Below, piece after piece: positions 9,622-18,425 of a stretch of 64,000 bases of DNA. This stretch comes from Methanomassiliicoccales archaeon. Its GTDB lineage: Archaea > Thermoplasmatota > Thermoplasmata > Methanomassiliicoccales > UBA472. The notes under the pieces were generated by a model. It was not told the origin of the DNA, searched no databases, and saw only the letters and a list, made by a program, of their open reading frames with translations. The position numbers and the translations under genes were made by a program. Each line of letters starts with the position of its first letter. The first letter of the stretch is position 1. The stretch spans positions 33,846 to 97,845 of the forward strand of contig JAPKYJ010000003.1 of the NCBI GenBank assembly GCA_026394375.1, in the 5' to 3' direction.

Positions 9622-10074
9622 ATGATGGCGGTCTTGGGGGTAGGCGTCATCTCGTTGGTTCTCTCATCGTTCGGGGCGCTGGATTCCACAGCGAAGGAAC
9701 AAGCCATGCGAAATGCGGCAGACGGCATTGCCGCAAGGATGAACGCCCTAGGGTCGCTCGATCATCCGGCCATGGTCCGCCTTAGGGTGGCGGACATGCT
9801 ACCCGAGGACGATTGCCTGCTGGTCATCGAGAAGGACATCGTCATCGTCAGGCACGGAGGGGTATCGAGATCAGCATCGCTCGTCGAGGACGTCGTCCTT
9901 CGGGGAGAGGGTTCAGGCAGCGGCAACGAGATCATCGCCGACGCGGGCGATGAACTGGTATTGGAGCGGGTGATCGAGAACGATTCTCTTCTGACCGTGG
10001 TTCATTTGGAGAAGGTGGCGACCATCTCCTTAACCGCACCGATGAACACGTCGCAGTCCTGGTCGTCGTTGTAG
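9622..10074 (+). CDS. Small N-terminally anchored protein
   Basis: MMAVLGVGVISLVLSSFGAL TM helix followed by a soluble domain. It starts 20 nt after the previous stop. Its 3' end overlaps the convergent desulfurase gene by 73 nt. Confidence 0.5.
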   Translation: MMAVLGVGVISLVLSSFGALDSTAKEQAMRNAADGIAARMNALGSLDHPAMVRLRVADMLPEDDCLLVIEKDIVIVRHGGVSRSASLVEDVVLRGEGSGSGNEIIADAGDELVLERVIENDSLLTVVHLEKVATISLTAPMNTSQSWSSL

Positions 10075-11213
10075 AGGTAGAAGGAAGCGCGGGCGCAACC
10101 GCTCAGTCCTCTGGAAACGAAGTATGGATGGGAGCAATGCATGCCCGAGCGGATCATGACCCCTGCCATATCATCCAAAATCATGGCCACATCGTGGGAG
10201 CTCATGCCTTTCACGTTGAAAGAGAAGATGCTTCCCCTGCTCCGGGCATCGACGGGTGCCAGCACCTGCAGTCCCGGCACGTCCTTTAGAGCCGCCGTGA
10301 CCCTGTGGTTCAGATGCAGGTCGTGCCTGGCCACCTCTTCCATGCCCACCCGACCAAGGTAGTCCACGGCCGCTCCTGTCCCTATCACTCCTGAATAGTT
10401 CATGAGTCCAGCTTCGAATCGTTCAGGTGGAGGAAGCAGCTCCGCCCCTTCGAAGGTGGTCGTGCTCACTCCCCCACCACCAGTGATGAGCGGTTCCAGT
10501 CGACGAAGTAGCTCCTTCTTGCCCCAGAGAACCCCCACGCCCGAGGGACCGAGCATCTTGTGCACTGAGAGCGCATAGAAATCCGCGTCCAGGTCGTTCA
10601 CATCGACCTTCATGTGCGGGACGGCCTGAGCCCCGTCCATGAGCACCAGCGCGTCATGGTCGTGGGCCACCTCCGCCACTTCTTTGACGGGAATGCTGAC
10701 ACCGTTCACATTGTTCGTGTGCACCATGCTCACCACCTTGACCTTCCTGGACATCTTCTTCTTGAACTCCTCCAGGTCGAAGATGCCGGTCTCAGGGGTG
10801 CTCACGAACTCTCTTCTGATCCCCACCAAACGCTCGAGCTGCTGCCAAGGCACGAGGTTGCTGTTGTGCTCCATATCCGAGGTCAGCACCTCATCCCCTC
10901 TCTTCAGACCCAGACCTTTGGCCACGAGGTTGAGGGCCTCCGTGCAATTCTTTGTGAAAACGATCTCGTCAGGGCTGCTGGCGTTCAAGAAGCGGGACAT
11001 CTTCTCCCTGGCCTCGTCCACTTCGATGGAGACCTGCGTCGCCAATCGATGTACGCTCCTTCCTCCGCAGGCCGGGTATTCAGTGTAGTACTTGTTCACA
11101 GCCTCGATGACCTGCCGGGGGCGCAGCGTCTGGCATGCGCTATCTAGGTAGATAGGCGTTCTTTCCCCCGAGCAATAGATGGGGAAGTCCTCCCTGATCC
11201 TCGCAACATCCAT
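10002..11213 (-). CDS. Cysteine desulfurase, SufS/CsdA-like (class V aminotransferase)
   Basis: 403 aa with PLP-lysine context SVHKMLGPSGVGVLWG and catalytic Cys loop RSGMHCSHPY. Confidence 0.88.
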   Translation of the reverse strand: MDVARIREDFPIYCSGERTPIYLDSACQTLRPRQVIEAVNKYYTEYPACGGRSVHRLATQVSIEVDEAREKMSRFLNASSPDEIVFTKNCTEALNLVAKGLGLKRGDEVLTSDMEHNSNLVPWQQLERLVGIRREFVSTPETGIFDLEEFKKKMSRKVKVVSMVHTNNVNGVSIPVKEVAEVAHDHDALVLMDGAQAVPHMKVDVNDLDADFYALSVHKMLGPSGVGVLWGKKELLRRLEPLITGGGGVSTTTFEGAELLPPPERFEAGLMNYSGVIGTGAAVDYLGRVGMEEVARHDLHLNHRVTAALKDVPGLQVLAPVDARSRGSIFSFNVKGMSSHDVAMILDDMAGVMIRSGMHCSHPYFVSRGLSGCARASFYLYNDDQDCDVFIGAVKEMVATFSK

Positions 11214-11325
11214 GTAACGTCTGAATCATCCCTCCTGCCTATATCTTATTTCGCCGCGCTTGCGAAGATGCTTGGAAGGAATGCAAAGCCTAGGCGTCAA
11301 TAAATAGGCAATAGATGGAATTCAG

Positions 11326-12525
11326 GTGAGGAGGGAGCGAACGCCGCGCGTGTACTTCGACAACAGCGCCACTACTGCTGTGGACCCAAGAGTGCTCGAG
11401 GAGATGCTGCCTTATTTCACTGAGCGGTTTGGCAACGCATCAAGCATGCATTCCTTCGGAAGGGAGGCGTATAACGCCCTAGAAGGTGCCAGAGAGAGAG
11501 CGGCCAAGGCCATAGGCGCCTCCGCCCGGGAGATAGTATTCACTTCCGGAGGGACGGAATCGGACAACCTGGCGTTGCAGGGAGCCGCCTATGCGAACCA
11601 AGGCAAGGGAAAACATATCATAACCTCGGTCATAGAGCATCACGCCGTCCTGAACACCTGCCATTTCCTGGAGGCCCAGGGGTTCCGCGTAACCTACCTG
11701 CCCATCGACCGGCAGGGGCTGGTGGATGTGGAAAAGGTGAAGGAGGCGATGAGCAAGGAGACCATCATGGTTTCCATCATGGCCGCCAACAACGAGATCG
11801 GGACCATTCAGCCGATAAGGGAGATAGGTGCCATTGCGCAAGAGGCGGGGGCGGTATTCCATACCGACGCGGTGCAAACCATCACCAAGCTTCCCTTGCA
11901 TGTATCCAAGGACAACCTCCAACTCATGACCATTTCCGCCCATAAGTTCCATGGGCCCAAGGGCGTAGGTGCCCTGTACGTCCGCAAGGACGTGAAGCTC
12001 CGTCCAGTGGTGTACGGTGGAGGTCAGGAGAGGGGGCTTCGCTCGTCCACCGAGAACGTCCCTGGCATCGTGGGCCTGGGGAAGGCCATAGAGATCGGCG
12101 TGGCGGAGATGGAGGAGAGCGCGGAGAGAATGTCGCGCATCCGCGACAGGATCATCGAAGGCACGCTCTCCAAGGTCCAAGGAAGCCACTTGAACGGACA
12201 TAGGAACAGAAGGCTTTGCAACAACGCGCATTTCCGTTTCGATCGGGTGGAAGGAGAGGCTCTGGTCCTAAGCCTGGACGTAAGCGGCATCGCCGCATCC
12301 ACTGGCTCCGCCTGCTCCACCCGCAGCACAGAGACATCCCACGTTCTGAGGGCACTGGGGATCAGACCCGAGGAGGGGCGAGGCTCGTTGCGCATATCCC
12401 TGTCCAAGTTCAACACCATGGAGGAGGCGGACCTGTTTCTGGCAGAGCTTCCCGAGGTAGTGGAGAGGCTGAGGCTTCTCGTTCCTCGGGGTGCCATGAC
12501 CTTCGGAGCTTCGGGAGGAGGATGA
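11326..12525 (+). CDS. nifS: Cysteine desulfurase NifS/IscS
   Basis: 399 aa with YFDNSATT, SAHKFHGPKGVGALYVR and the STGSACS catalytic loop. GTG start. Confidence 0.9.
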   Translation: MRRERTPRVYFDNSATTAVDPRVLEEMLPYFTERFGNASSMHSFGREAYNALEGARERAAKAIGASAREIVFTSGGTESDNLALQGAAYANQGKGKHIITSVIEHHAVLNTCHFLEAQGFRVTYLPIDRQGLVDVEKVKEAMSKETIMVSIMAANNEIGTIQPIREIGAIAQEAGAVFHTDAVQTITKLPLHVSKDNLQLMTISAHKFHGPKGVGALYVRKDVKLRPVVYGGGQERGLRSSTENVPGIVGLGKAIEIGVAEMEESAERMSRIRDRIIEGTLSKVQGSHLNGHRNRRLCNNAHFRFDRVEGEALVLSLDVSGIAASTGSACSTRSTETSHVLRALGIRPEEGRGSLRISLSKFNTMEEADLFLAELPEVVERLRLLVPRGAMTFGASGGG

Positions 12526-12941
12526 TCTTGGCCTACGGCCCCAAAGTAATGGAGCACTTCACCCAGCCCCGGAACGTGGGGGAGATGAAGGACGCCGACG
12601 GCGTGGGCAAGTTCAGCAATGACGTGGACGGGGACATCGTGGTCATCTCCATCAAAGTGAAAGACGAGATCATCACCGACATCAAGTTCCAGGTCTTCGG
12701 CTGCGCGGCGGCCATCGCCTCCAGCAGCGTGTTCACGGAGATGGTCAAGGGGAAACGCATCGAGGAGGCCTTGAAGGTCACCAAGGAGGGCATTTCCGAG
12801 GCATTGGACAGCCTGCCACCGGAGAAGGTGGATTGTTCGGTCCTCGCTCCGGACGCCCTCCGGGAAGCGGTGGGTGATTATCGGAATAGGCAGGGACGAG
12901 GATTCAATACCACGTACGAGGTTCCTCATCCGAAATCATGA
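12522..12941 (+). CDS. IscU/NifU-N-like Fe-S scaffold (atypical ligand set)
   Basis: MILAYGPKVMEHFTQPRNVG...FGCAAAIASSS...PPEKVDCSVLA. The ATG overlaps the nifS stop (ATGA) and a GGGAGGAGG lies upstream. Confidence 0.85.
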   Translation: MILAYGPKVMEHFTQPRNVGEMKDADGVGKFSNDVDGDIVVISIKVKDEIITDIKFQVFGCAAAIASSSVFTEMVKGKRIEEALKVTKEGISEALDSLPPEKVDCSVLAPDALREAVGDYRNRQGRGFNTTYEVPHPKS

Positions 12942-13846
12942 ATCAGTTGAGCACGAGAGTGGCGTCGCTCGAGCTTGCGAACCCTACCATGCTCGCCTCG
13001 GGTATGATGGGTGAGACCGGCGCCTCCCTGGTGGCGATCGCCAAAGCGGGGGCGGGAGCGGTCGTCACCAAATCCGTGGGACTGGAACCGAGGAAGGGCT
13101 ACGAGAACCCGACCCTGGTCGAGCTGGAGGAGGGCTACCTGAACGCCATGGGTCTCCCCAACCCAGGCATCGATGCCTACAGGGAGGAGATGCTGGTTGC
13201 GAAAGGGGCCAAGGTGCCGATAATCGGAAGTGTGTTCGCGGCGACGCCCGAGGACTACGCCCTCTTGGCCTGGAAGATGCAGGACTACGGCGCGGCCGCA
13301 GTGGAATTGAACCTGAGCTGTCCACACGCCAAGGGGCTGGGAATGGAGATAGGCGTTGATCCCGCAGCGGTGAGGAGGATCGTCCGGGAGGTCAAGCAGA
13401 CGGTCAAGATCCCCGTACTGGCCAAGCTCACCCCTAACACCCACCGTCTGACCGAGGTGGGAAAGGCGGTGGAGGAGGCGGGAGGGGATGGCATCGTGGC
13501 CATCAATACCCTCAAGGCCATGGTCATCTCGGTCGAGGCGAAGAGACCGATCCTCTCCAACAAGGTGGGAGGGCTATCGGGTCCAGCCGTCCGGTCGATC
13601 GGGGTGCGCTGCGTATACGAACTCTATGAAGCGGTGGAGATACCTATCATCGGCGTGGGGGGAGTGGAGTCCTGGAGGGACGCCGTCGAGTATATGATGG
13701 CCGGGGCGACAGCCGTGCAGATCGGAAGTGCCATCGGGCGAAAGGGCCTGAGCGTGTTCCAGGTCATCGTCCAGGGATTGCAGGAATACCTGGAAAGAGA
13801 AGGCCTGGAGAATATCGGGGACATCGTGGGGGTGGCCCATGGCTAG
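12938..13846 (+). CDS. pyrD: Dihydroorotate dehydrogenase 1B, catalytic subunit
   Basis: 302 aa with LANPTMLASG, NLSCPHAKG and SGPAVRSIGVRCV. ATGA overlap with the iscU-like stop. Confidence 0.92.
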   Translation: MNQLSTRVASLELANPTMLASGMMGETGASLVAIAKAGAGAVVTKSVGLEPRKGYENPTLVELEEGYLNAMGLPNPGIDAYREEMLVAKGAKVPIIGSVFAATPEDYALLAWKMQDYGAAAVELNLSCPHAKGLGMEIGVDPAAVRRIVREVKQTVKIPVLAKLTPNTHRLTEVGKAVEEAGGDGIVAINTLKAMVISVEAKRPILSNKVGGLSGPAVRSIGVRCVYELYEAVEIPIIGVGGVESWRDAVEYMMAGATAVQIGSAIGRKGLSVFQVIVQGLQEYLEREGLENIGDIVGVAHG

Positions 13847-14615
13847 ACAAGATATGGTCACAGTCACATCCGTCACCCATGAAGGGCAGGGCGTCTGCAC
13901 CCTCCGGTTCGAGCTCGACCGTTCCGTAATGCCAGGGCAGTTCCTCATGGTGTGGGCACCTGGTGTCGATGAGATACCGATGTCCGCCTCCTTCATCTAC
14001 GGAGAGAAGGGCATCACGGTGCGCGAGGTCGGCATGGCGACGAAAGCGCTCTTTGCATGCCAGAAAGGCTCGCTTCTGGGTGTTAGGGGGCCCTACGGCA
14101 ACGGCTACCAGGTCGAGCAGGGCCGGGCATTGATCATCGGCGGGGGAACGGGAATGGCCTCGCTGCTCCCGGTGGCGGATTTCATCGGCGACAGGAAGCG
14201 GGTCGACATCCTCATCGGGGCGAGGACCGCCCCCGAGCTAATCTTCGTGGAAAGGGCACGAGCGCTCTCGGAAGAGGTGCATCTGTCCACGGACGACGGC
14301 TCCAAGGGGATGAGAGGTACGGTAGTGGAGATGGCGGCCAAGCACCTGGAAAAGGAGCGCTACGACATGGTCTACGCCTGCGGTCCAGAGCGCATGCTGC
14401 AGGCCGTGCTGGCGCTGTGCGAGAAGAAGAATGTGCCATGTCAGCTCTCCCTGGAGCGCTTCATGAAATGCGGCTCTGGGCTCTGCGGTTCCTGTGTGAT
14501 CGACGGCCTGCGGGTCTGTGCCGACGGGCCGGTCTTCCAGGGTCAGAAGCTGCGCCATCTGAGCGAGTTCGGCATCTGGAAGCGCGACGAGTGCGGCGGC
14601 CGGGTCAAGCTTTGA
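13839..14615 (+). CDS. pyrK: Dihydroorotate dehydrogenase 1B, electron-transfer subunit
   Basis: 258 aa with a flavin reductase fold and C-terminal 2Fe-2S motif CGSGLCGSCVIDGLRVCADGP. 8-nt overlap with pyrD. Confidence 0.9.
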   Translation: MARQDMVTVTSVTHEGQGVCTLRFELDRSVMPGQFLMVWAPGVDEIPMSASFIYGEKGITVREVGMATKALFACQKGSLLGVRGPYGNGYQVEQGRALIIGGGTGMASLLPVADFIGDRKRVDILIGARTAPELIFVERARALSEEVHLSTDDGSKGMRGTVVEMAAKHLEKERYDMVYACGPERMLQAVLALCEKKNVPCQLSLERFMKCGSGLCGSCVIDGLRVCADGPVFQGQKLRHLSEFGIWKRDECGGRVKL

Positions 14616-15783
14616 AGTGCTCCTCTGGATGCATAACCTCTTTGACCAGCTCCTCGAAGTCCGCATCGCTCACTCGGCCTTTGATCTCGCCCAAGGCCTT
14701 CACTTTCAACAGGATGCGCGCCACCTGCTCCTCGTTCGCTTCCACCCCCAGGTCCTCCAGTCGCTTCCTGATGTAGGTCGCTCCGGAATGCTTGCCCAGT
14801 AGCAGATGACGCTTATTGCCCACCACCTCCGGGGGAATGGACTCATAGGTCAGGGGACAGTTCAGGACCGCCGCCACATGAATGCCCGACTCGTGAGAGA
14901 ACACGTTCTCCCCGACCAACGGATGGTTCCTGGCGATCGGGACCTTGGAGTACTCCGCTACCATGTCCGAGAGCTCCTTCAGCTCGGACAGGTCGATGCC
15001 TAGGTCCACACCATAGACGAACTTCATCGTGGAAACGAACTCCTCCAGGGGAACGTTGCCCGCCCGTTCTCCTATCCCATTGACGGTCGTGGTCACGGCC
15101 TTGGCGCCGGCTTTCACACCCGCGATGGCATTGGCCAAGGCAAGCCCGAAGTCGTTGTGAAGGTGCACCGAGACGCCGGTCTTGAAGGTGGACGTAATCT
15201 CGCTCACTATGGTGGAGATGGCCTCGGGCGAAGCGCAGCCCACCGTGTCCGTGATGCCCAGCCGGACCGCGCCTCGTTCCTCTGCCACTCTGTATACCTG
15301 CTTCAGGAATGATATTTCCGTGCGGGTCGAGTCCTCACAGCTGAGCGCAGCCCTGACACCTCTAGAACGGCAGTAATCGAGGGTCTCACCGACCTTCTCC
15401 AGAACGTAATCCTGCGGTTTGTTGAACTTGTAGCGCAGGTGGATGTCGGAGGTGGCGATGAACAGGAGGACGACATCCACTCCCGCGTCCACCGCCGCGT
15501 CCACGTCCCCTTTCACCAGCCGGGAGAGGGCCAAGATTTCGGCGTCCAGGCCGAGCTTGGTTATGGCACGTATGGTGCGCTTCTCGCCTTCCGAGACCGC
15601 CGGGAAACCTGCTTCTATTTGAGGGACCCGGATGGCATCCAACTTCCGGGCGATGGCCACCTTCTGCTCCAGGCTGAAGGCCACTCCAGGCATCTGCTCG
15701 CCATCCCGCAGGGTCGAATCGTAGACGGTGATATCGTGAAGGTCCAGCTTAGGATTGTAGGGGCTGAGGGCGAATCGCTCCAT
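14605..15783 (-). CDS. Homocitrate/2-isopropylmalate/citramalate synthase family (short form, no regulatory domain)
   Basis: 392 aa with [25 protein letters not shown] and ERAGN motifs of the DRE-TIM HMGL-like family. Confidence 0.85.
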   Translation of the reverse strand: MERFALSPYNPKLDLHDITVYDSTLRDGEQMPGVAFSLEQKVAIARKLDAIRVPQIEAGFPAVSEGEKRTIRAITKLGLDAEILALSRLVKGDVDAAVDAGVDVVLLFIATSDIHLRYKFNKPQDYVLEKVGETLDYCRSRGVRAALSCEDSTRTEISFLKQVYRVAEERGAVRLGITDTVGCASPEAISTIVSEITSTFKTGVSVHLHNDFGLALANAIAGVKAGAKAVTTTVNGIGERAGNVPLEEFVSTMKFVYGVDLGIDLSELKELSDMVAEYSKVPIARNHPLVGENVFSHESGIHVAAVLNCPLTYESIPPEVVGNKRHLLLGKHSGATYIRKRLEDLGVEANEEQVARILLKVKALGEIKGRVSDADFEELVKEVMHPEEHFKA

Positions 15784-15837
15784 GGGTGGACCTTACTGCC
15801 TAGTGCGAAATAACCTTTCCGTTCCGGGACAAGGCTA

Positions 15838-16338
15838 ATGCCCCCCACCTGCCTACGAGACGCCGTGGACTTCCGCATTGGCAGCGACGGCAACCCCAAT
15901 TTCATCCAGGTCCAACATGGTCTGCTGGTCATCAACGTGCCCCGGTCGATATTCAAACGCGATACCGCCGTCTTCCGCGAACCCCAGGCATCCGATTTCA
16001 TGCAGACGCTGGTGCGCCGATATCCCTGGCTGACGCCAGGTGCCATAGAGGTGATAAGGACGGAGGCCCAGGAGACCATGAGAGCGATCATCGAGCTGGA
16101 GGAAGGGTCGATTCGTCGGGCGAAGCGGCTGCTGGAGGAGAGAAGGCCGACGGCCGCCCTCGGCGTGCTGGACGAATACCTCTCCAGATACAAAGAAGAC
16201 GTCGACGCCTGGGAGTTGAAGGGAAAGGCGCTTTTCATGCTGGGCGAGAGCGAAGAGGCCTTCCGGTGCTTCGCCCGAGCTAGGAAGGCGATGAAGACCT
16301 CTGGCCAACCTTCTCGGCGTCTTTCAAGAGCGCGTTGA
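15838..16338 (+). CDS. Hypothetical protein with C-terminal TPR-like helix pair
   Basis: 166 aa. The C-terminus reads AALGVLDEYLSRYKEDVDAWELKGKALFMLGESEEAFRCFARARK. Overlaps the convergent gene by 59 nt. Confidence 0.45.
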   Translation: MPPTCLRDAVDFRIGSDGNPNFIQVQHGLLVINVPRSIFKRDTAVFREPQASDFMQTLVRRYPWLTPGAIEVIRTEAQETMRAIIELEEGSIRRAKRLLEERRPTAALGVLDEYLSRYKEDVDAWELKGKALFMLGESEEAFRCFARARKAMKTSGQPSRRLSRAR

Positions 16339-17158
16339 CCGCGTCCGCCACCTCTCTCACCGTCGCCCCCCAGGGGACTACCGCCGTCTTGCCTTCCAGT
16401 TCGAATCCTTCGCGAACCTTGCAGCACTTGATGATGCGGTATCTCTCATCCTTCTGGGCTAGATCGCGGGCGCACATGTTGATGAACTTCGGCTTCTCCT
16501 TGTAGATCGATTGGAAGATGCGGCGGGACAGGTCGCAGCCGACCAATGTGACATCCTTCGGCGACCTCGGTGTCTCGTCAAGGAACAACACCTCTCTGGC
16601 GGTGGTGATGCCCGACGCCCGGCAGGGGAACATGACCTTGGAAGTGGCGACCTGCTTCTCCAGCAGGTTGAGATCGATCACATCCAAGACCGGAACGACA
16701 GGCAGGTCCACCAGACCGGCGGAGAGGGCCTTCTCCAGCAGCACCATGAGCTTGGAAGGAGTAGGCGGAATGACGTCCAGCACATGAAGTTCGATGATCT
16801 CGGTCTGTTGCGCAAATGAGACGTGATTGAACAATCCCTGCACCACCACCGTCTTGCCCGGGTGCTGTCGGGCCACGCCGGCCATCTGCGATCGGCTCAG
16901 CACATCCAATTCCTCGTTCTTGACGAAGACCGTGTCCTCTGGCAGGGAAATGACCTTATGCGCGCAGATGGGTCGGAAGAGGTCCGTGCCTCCCTCCTTG
17001 AACACCCGGACCACGGCATGCTGCTCTCCGCTCCTCAGGATGATGAAATCGGTGCGGGTGTAGGCCTTCTTTCCCAGGGCATGTCTGTCGATGTTTTCCT
17101 GGGTGAGCTCGAAATTGACCTCCCGAACCGAGACGTCCTTGCAGTGGTCCGGCAACAT
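16280..17158 (-). CDS. Hypothetical protein (292 aa), no family recognised
   Basis: Protein-like composition and a clean ORF. Several conserved-looking Cys (FPCRASG, LVGCDLS, NMCARD, IIKCCKV). Confidence 0.6.
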   Translation of the reverse strand: MLPDHCKDVSVREVNFELTQENIDRHALGKKAYTRTDFIILRSGEQHAVVRVFKEGGTDLFRPICAHKVISLPEDTVFVKNEELDVLSRSQMAGVARQHPGKTVVVQGLFNHVSFAQQTEIIELHVLDVIPPTPSKLMVLLEKALSAGLVDLPVVPVLDVIDLNLLEKQVATSKVMFPCRASGITTAREVLFLDETPRSPKDVTLVGCDLSRRIFQSIYKEKPKFINMCARDLAQKDERYRIIKCCKVREGFELEGKTAVVPWGATVREVADAVNALLKDAEKVGQRSSSPS

Positions 17159-17233
17159 CGAAGCCCTCTAATCCGCTAGCAACGGAAATACTTGCCTTCC
17201 TCGGGGACCAGCAGGTCGGCGCAACGGAAAAGA

Positions 17234-17241
17234 TTGATATA
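17234..17241 (+). promoter_or_regulatory. TATA-like box upstream of tRNA-Cys
   Basis: TTGATATA is centred ~30 nt upstream of the tRNA 5' end. Confidence 0.3.
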
Positions 17242-17267
17242 CGATGTAAAGGCTGTTCCACGCCGAG

Positions 17268-17341
17268 GCCGGGATGACAGAGCGGCCATGTGGCGGACTG
17301 CAGATCCGCATACCCGTGTTCAAATCGCGGTCCCGGCTCCA
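17268..17341 (+). tRNA. tRNA-Cys (GCA), CCA encoded
   Basis: Hand-folded. Acceptor GCCGGGA/TCCCGGC. Anticodon stem GCGGA/TCCGC with loop CTGCAGA. T-arm CCGTG-TTCAAAT-CGCGG. U73 discriminator and a 13:22 mismatch, both typical of tRNA-Cys. Confidence 0.9.
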
Positions 17342-17403
17342 TCCGCCATCCGGTTCTAAGGAAGCTCAACTATCAATAGCGGCGGGGGCGTTCTCACTTT
17401 CGC

Positions 17404-17814
17404 ATGAAGGGCCGGGAATTGGTGGAGTTCGTCGCCGGGAAGCGAGTGGAGATGATCAAAGGTGAGGTCAAGGAGACCTTTCCCGGCGCAGAGATCGCCT
17501 GCTCCATGATTGGAGAAGGCCGCGCTCACATACTCATCGTCTATGAGGGGGTCGTGATCGGTGAGGAGTTCGTGGAGACCGGCGAGTCATGGAAGAAACA
17601 GGAGCGGAGGAAGGAGTACCTGCGCACCCTCATCAACAAGGCTCGGCTGGTCATCGTGGTGCCCGAGAGGCATGTGCGCTCGGCGCGCATGCGTCTTCTG
17701 GAGTTCAACCACTGGTGGCTTTTCTATTATATAGTCTTCTCCTACGATCAGGAGGGCAACATCAGGCATTTTGGAAAGCCTGGACCATGCTTGCCAGAGC
17801 GAGGCTACGCCTAG
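17404..17814 (+). CDS. Hypothetical protein (136 aa)
   Basis: Clean ORF with protein-like sequence (…RLVIVVPERHVRSARMRLLEFNHWWLFYYIVFSYDQEGNIRHFG). No family recognised. Confidence 0.5.
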   Translation: MKGRELVEFVAGKRVEMIKGEVKETFPGAEIACSMIGEGRAHILIVYEGVVIGEEFVETGESWKKQERRKEYLRTLINKARLVIVVPERHVRSARMRLLEFNHWWLFYYIVFSYDQEGNIRHFGKPGPCLPERGYA

Positions 17815-17856
17815 TGATCCGCGGCGGTCTGGGAACGGCTCATACGTGATGCAACC

Positions 17857-18279
17857 TCAGCGTTTGCCCTTTCCTTTCCCGGGGGCGCACCTGCCCGCCG
17901 GTTCCTCGTCCCACTCCTCGAAGAGCTGGCTGATGCCTTTCTTGGCCACTGACCAGGTGGGCACTCCTCCGGTCAAAACGGCCACCTGCAGCGCTTCCAC
18001 GATCTCATCCTTGCTAGCACCGAAATTCTTGGCCACCTTGGCCTGGGGATAGACGCAGTCCTCGCACATGCGCACCGCCACGCAAGCAAGAGCGATAAGT
18101 CGCTTCGTTTTGCGGTCTAGGGCGCCATCCTCCACCATGATGCGGTCCATCTCCCCGATGAGCACGGCCAGCTCAGGATTGTGCTGTTTGATGTGGTGCA
18201 ATGTCGCCGGGGTGAATCCGCACATCTTGCCGCTCAGTTCCTTGACCGCCTTCTCGGCTTTCTCCTTCGACTTGGCCAT
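17857..18279 (-). CDS. Carboxymuconolactone decarboxylase / AhpD-like family protein
   Basis: LDRKTKRLIALACVAVRMCEDCVYPQAKVAKNFGASKDEIVEAL with a CxxC. The start is set at MAKSKEK; the ORF extends to 18360. Confidence 0.8.
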   Translation of the reverse strand: MAKSKEKAEKAVKELSGKMCGFTPATLHHIKQHNPELAVLIGEMDRIMVEDGALDRKTKRLIALACVAVRMCEDCVYPQAKVAKNFGASKDEIVEALQVAVLTGGVPTWSVAKKGISQLFEEWDEEPAGRCAPGKGKGKR

Positions 18280-18425
18280 GGTAGGTAGACTCGACGAGCC
18301 ATGATAAAAGCCTATCTCACTTCCTTCGGCATGCGACCGGGCGAACTCGCAAGCTGGCAACGAAGAGCTTCATATAGCATCGACGCCCATCAATTTTAAC
18401 TTCGAAGCAGCTTGGGAGGAAGAGA

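Noticed and set aside
15615-16427. 270-aa minus-strand ORF spanning the 15.6-16.4 kb region.
   Set aside because: It has an S/R/P/G-rich low-complexity translation. It overlaps the start of the synthase-family gene and two better ORFs on either side.
17268-17341. tRNA genes (Cys at 17.3 kb, Ser at 61.5 kb) as integration sites of a provirus or genomic island.
   Set aside because: No integrase, no duplicated tRNA 3' fragment and no viral structural genes were seen near either tRNA.
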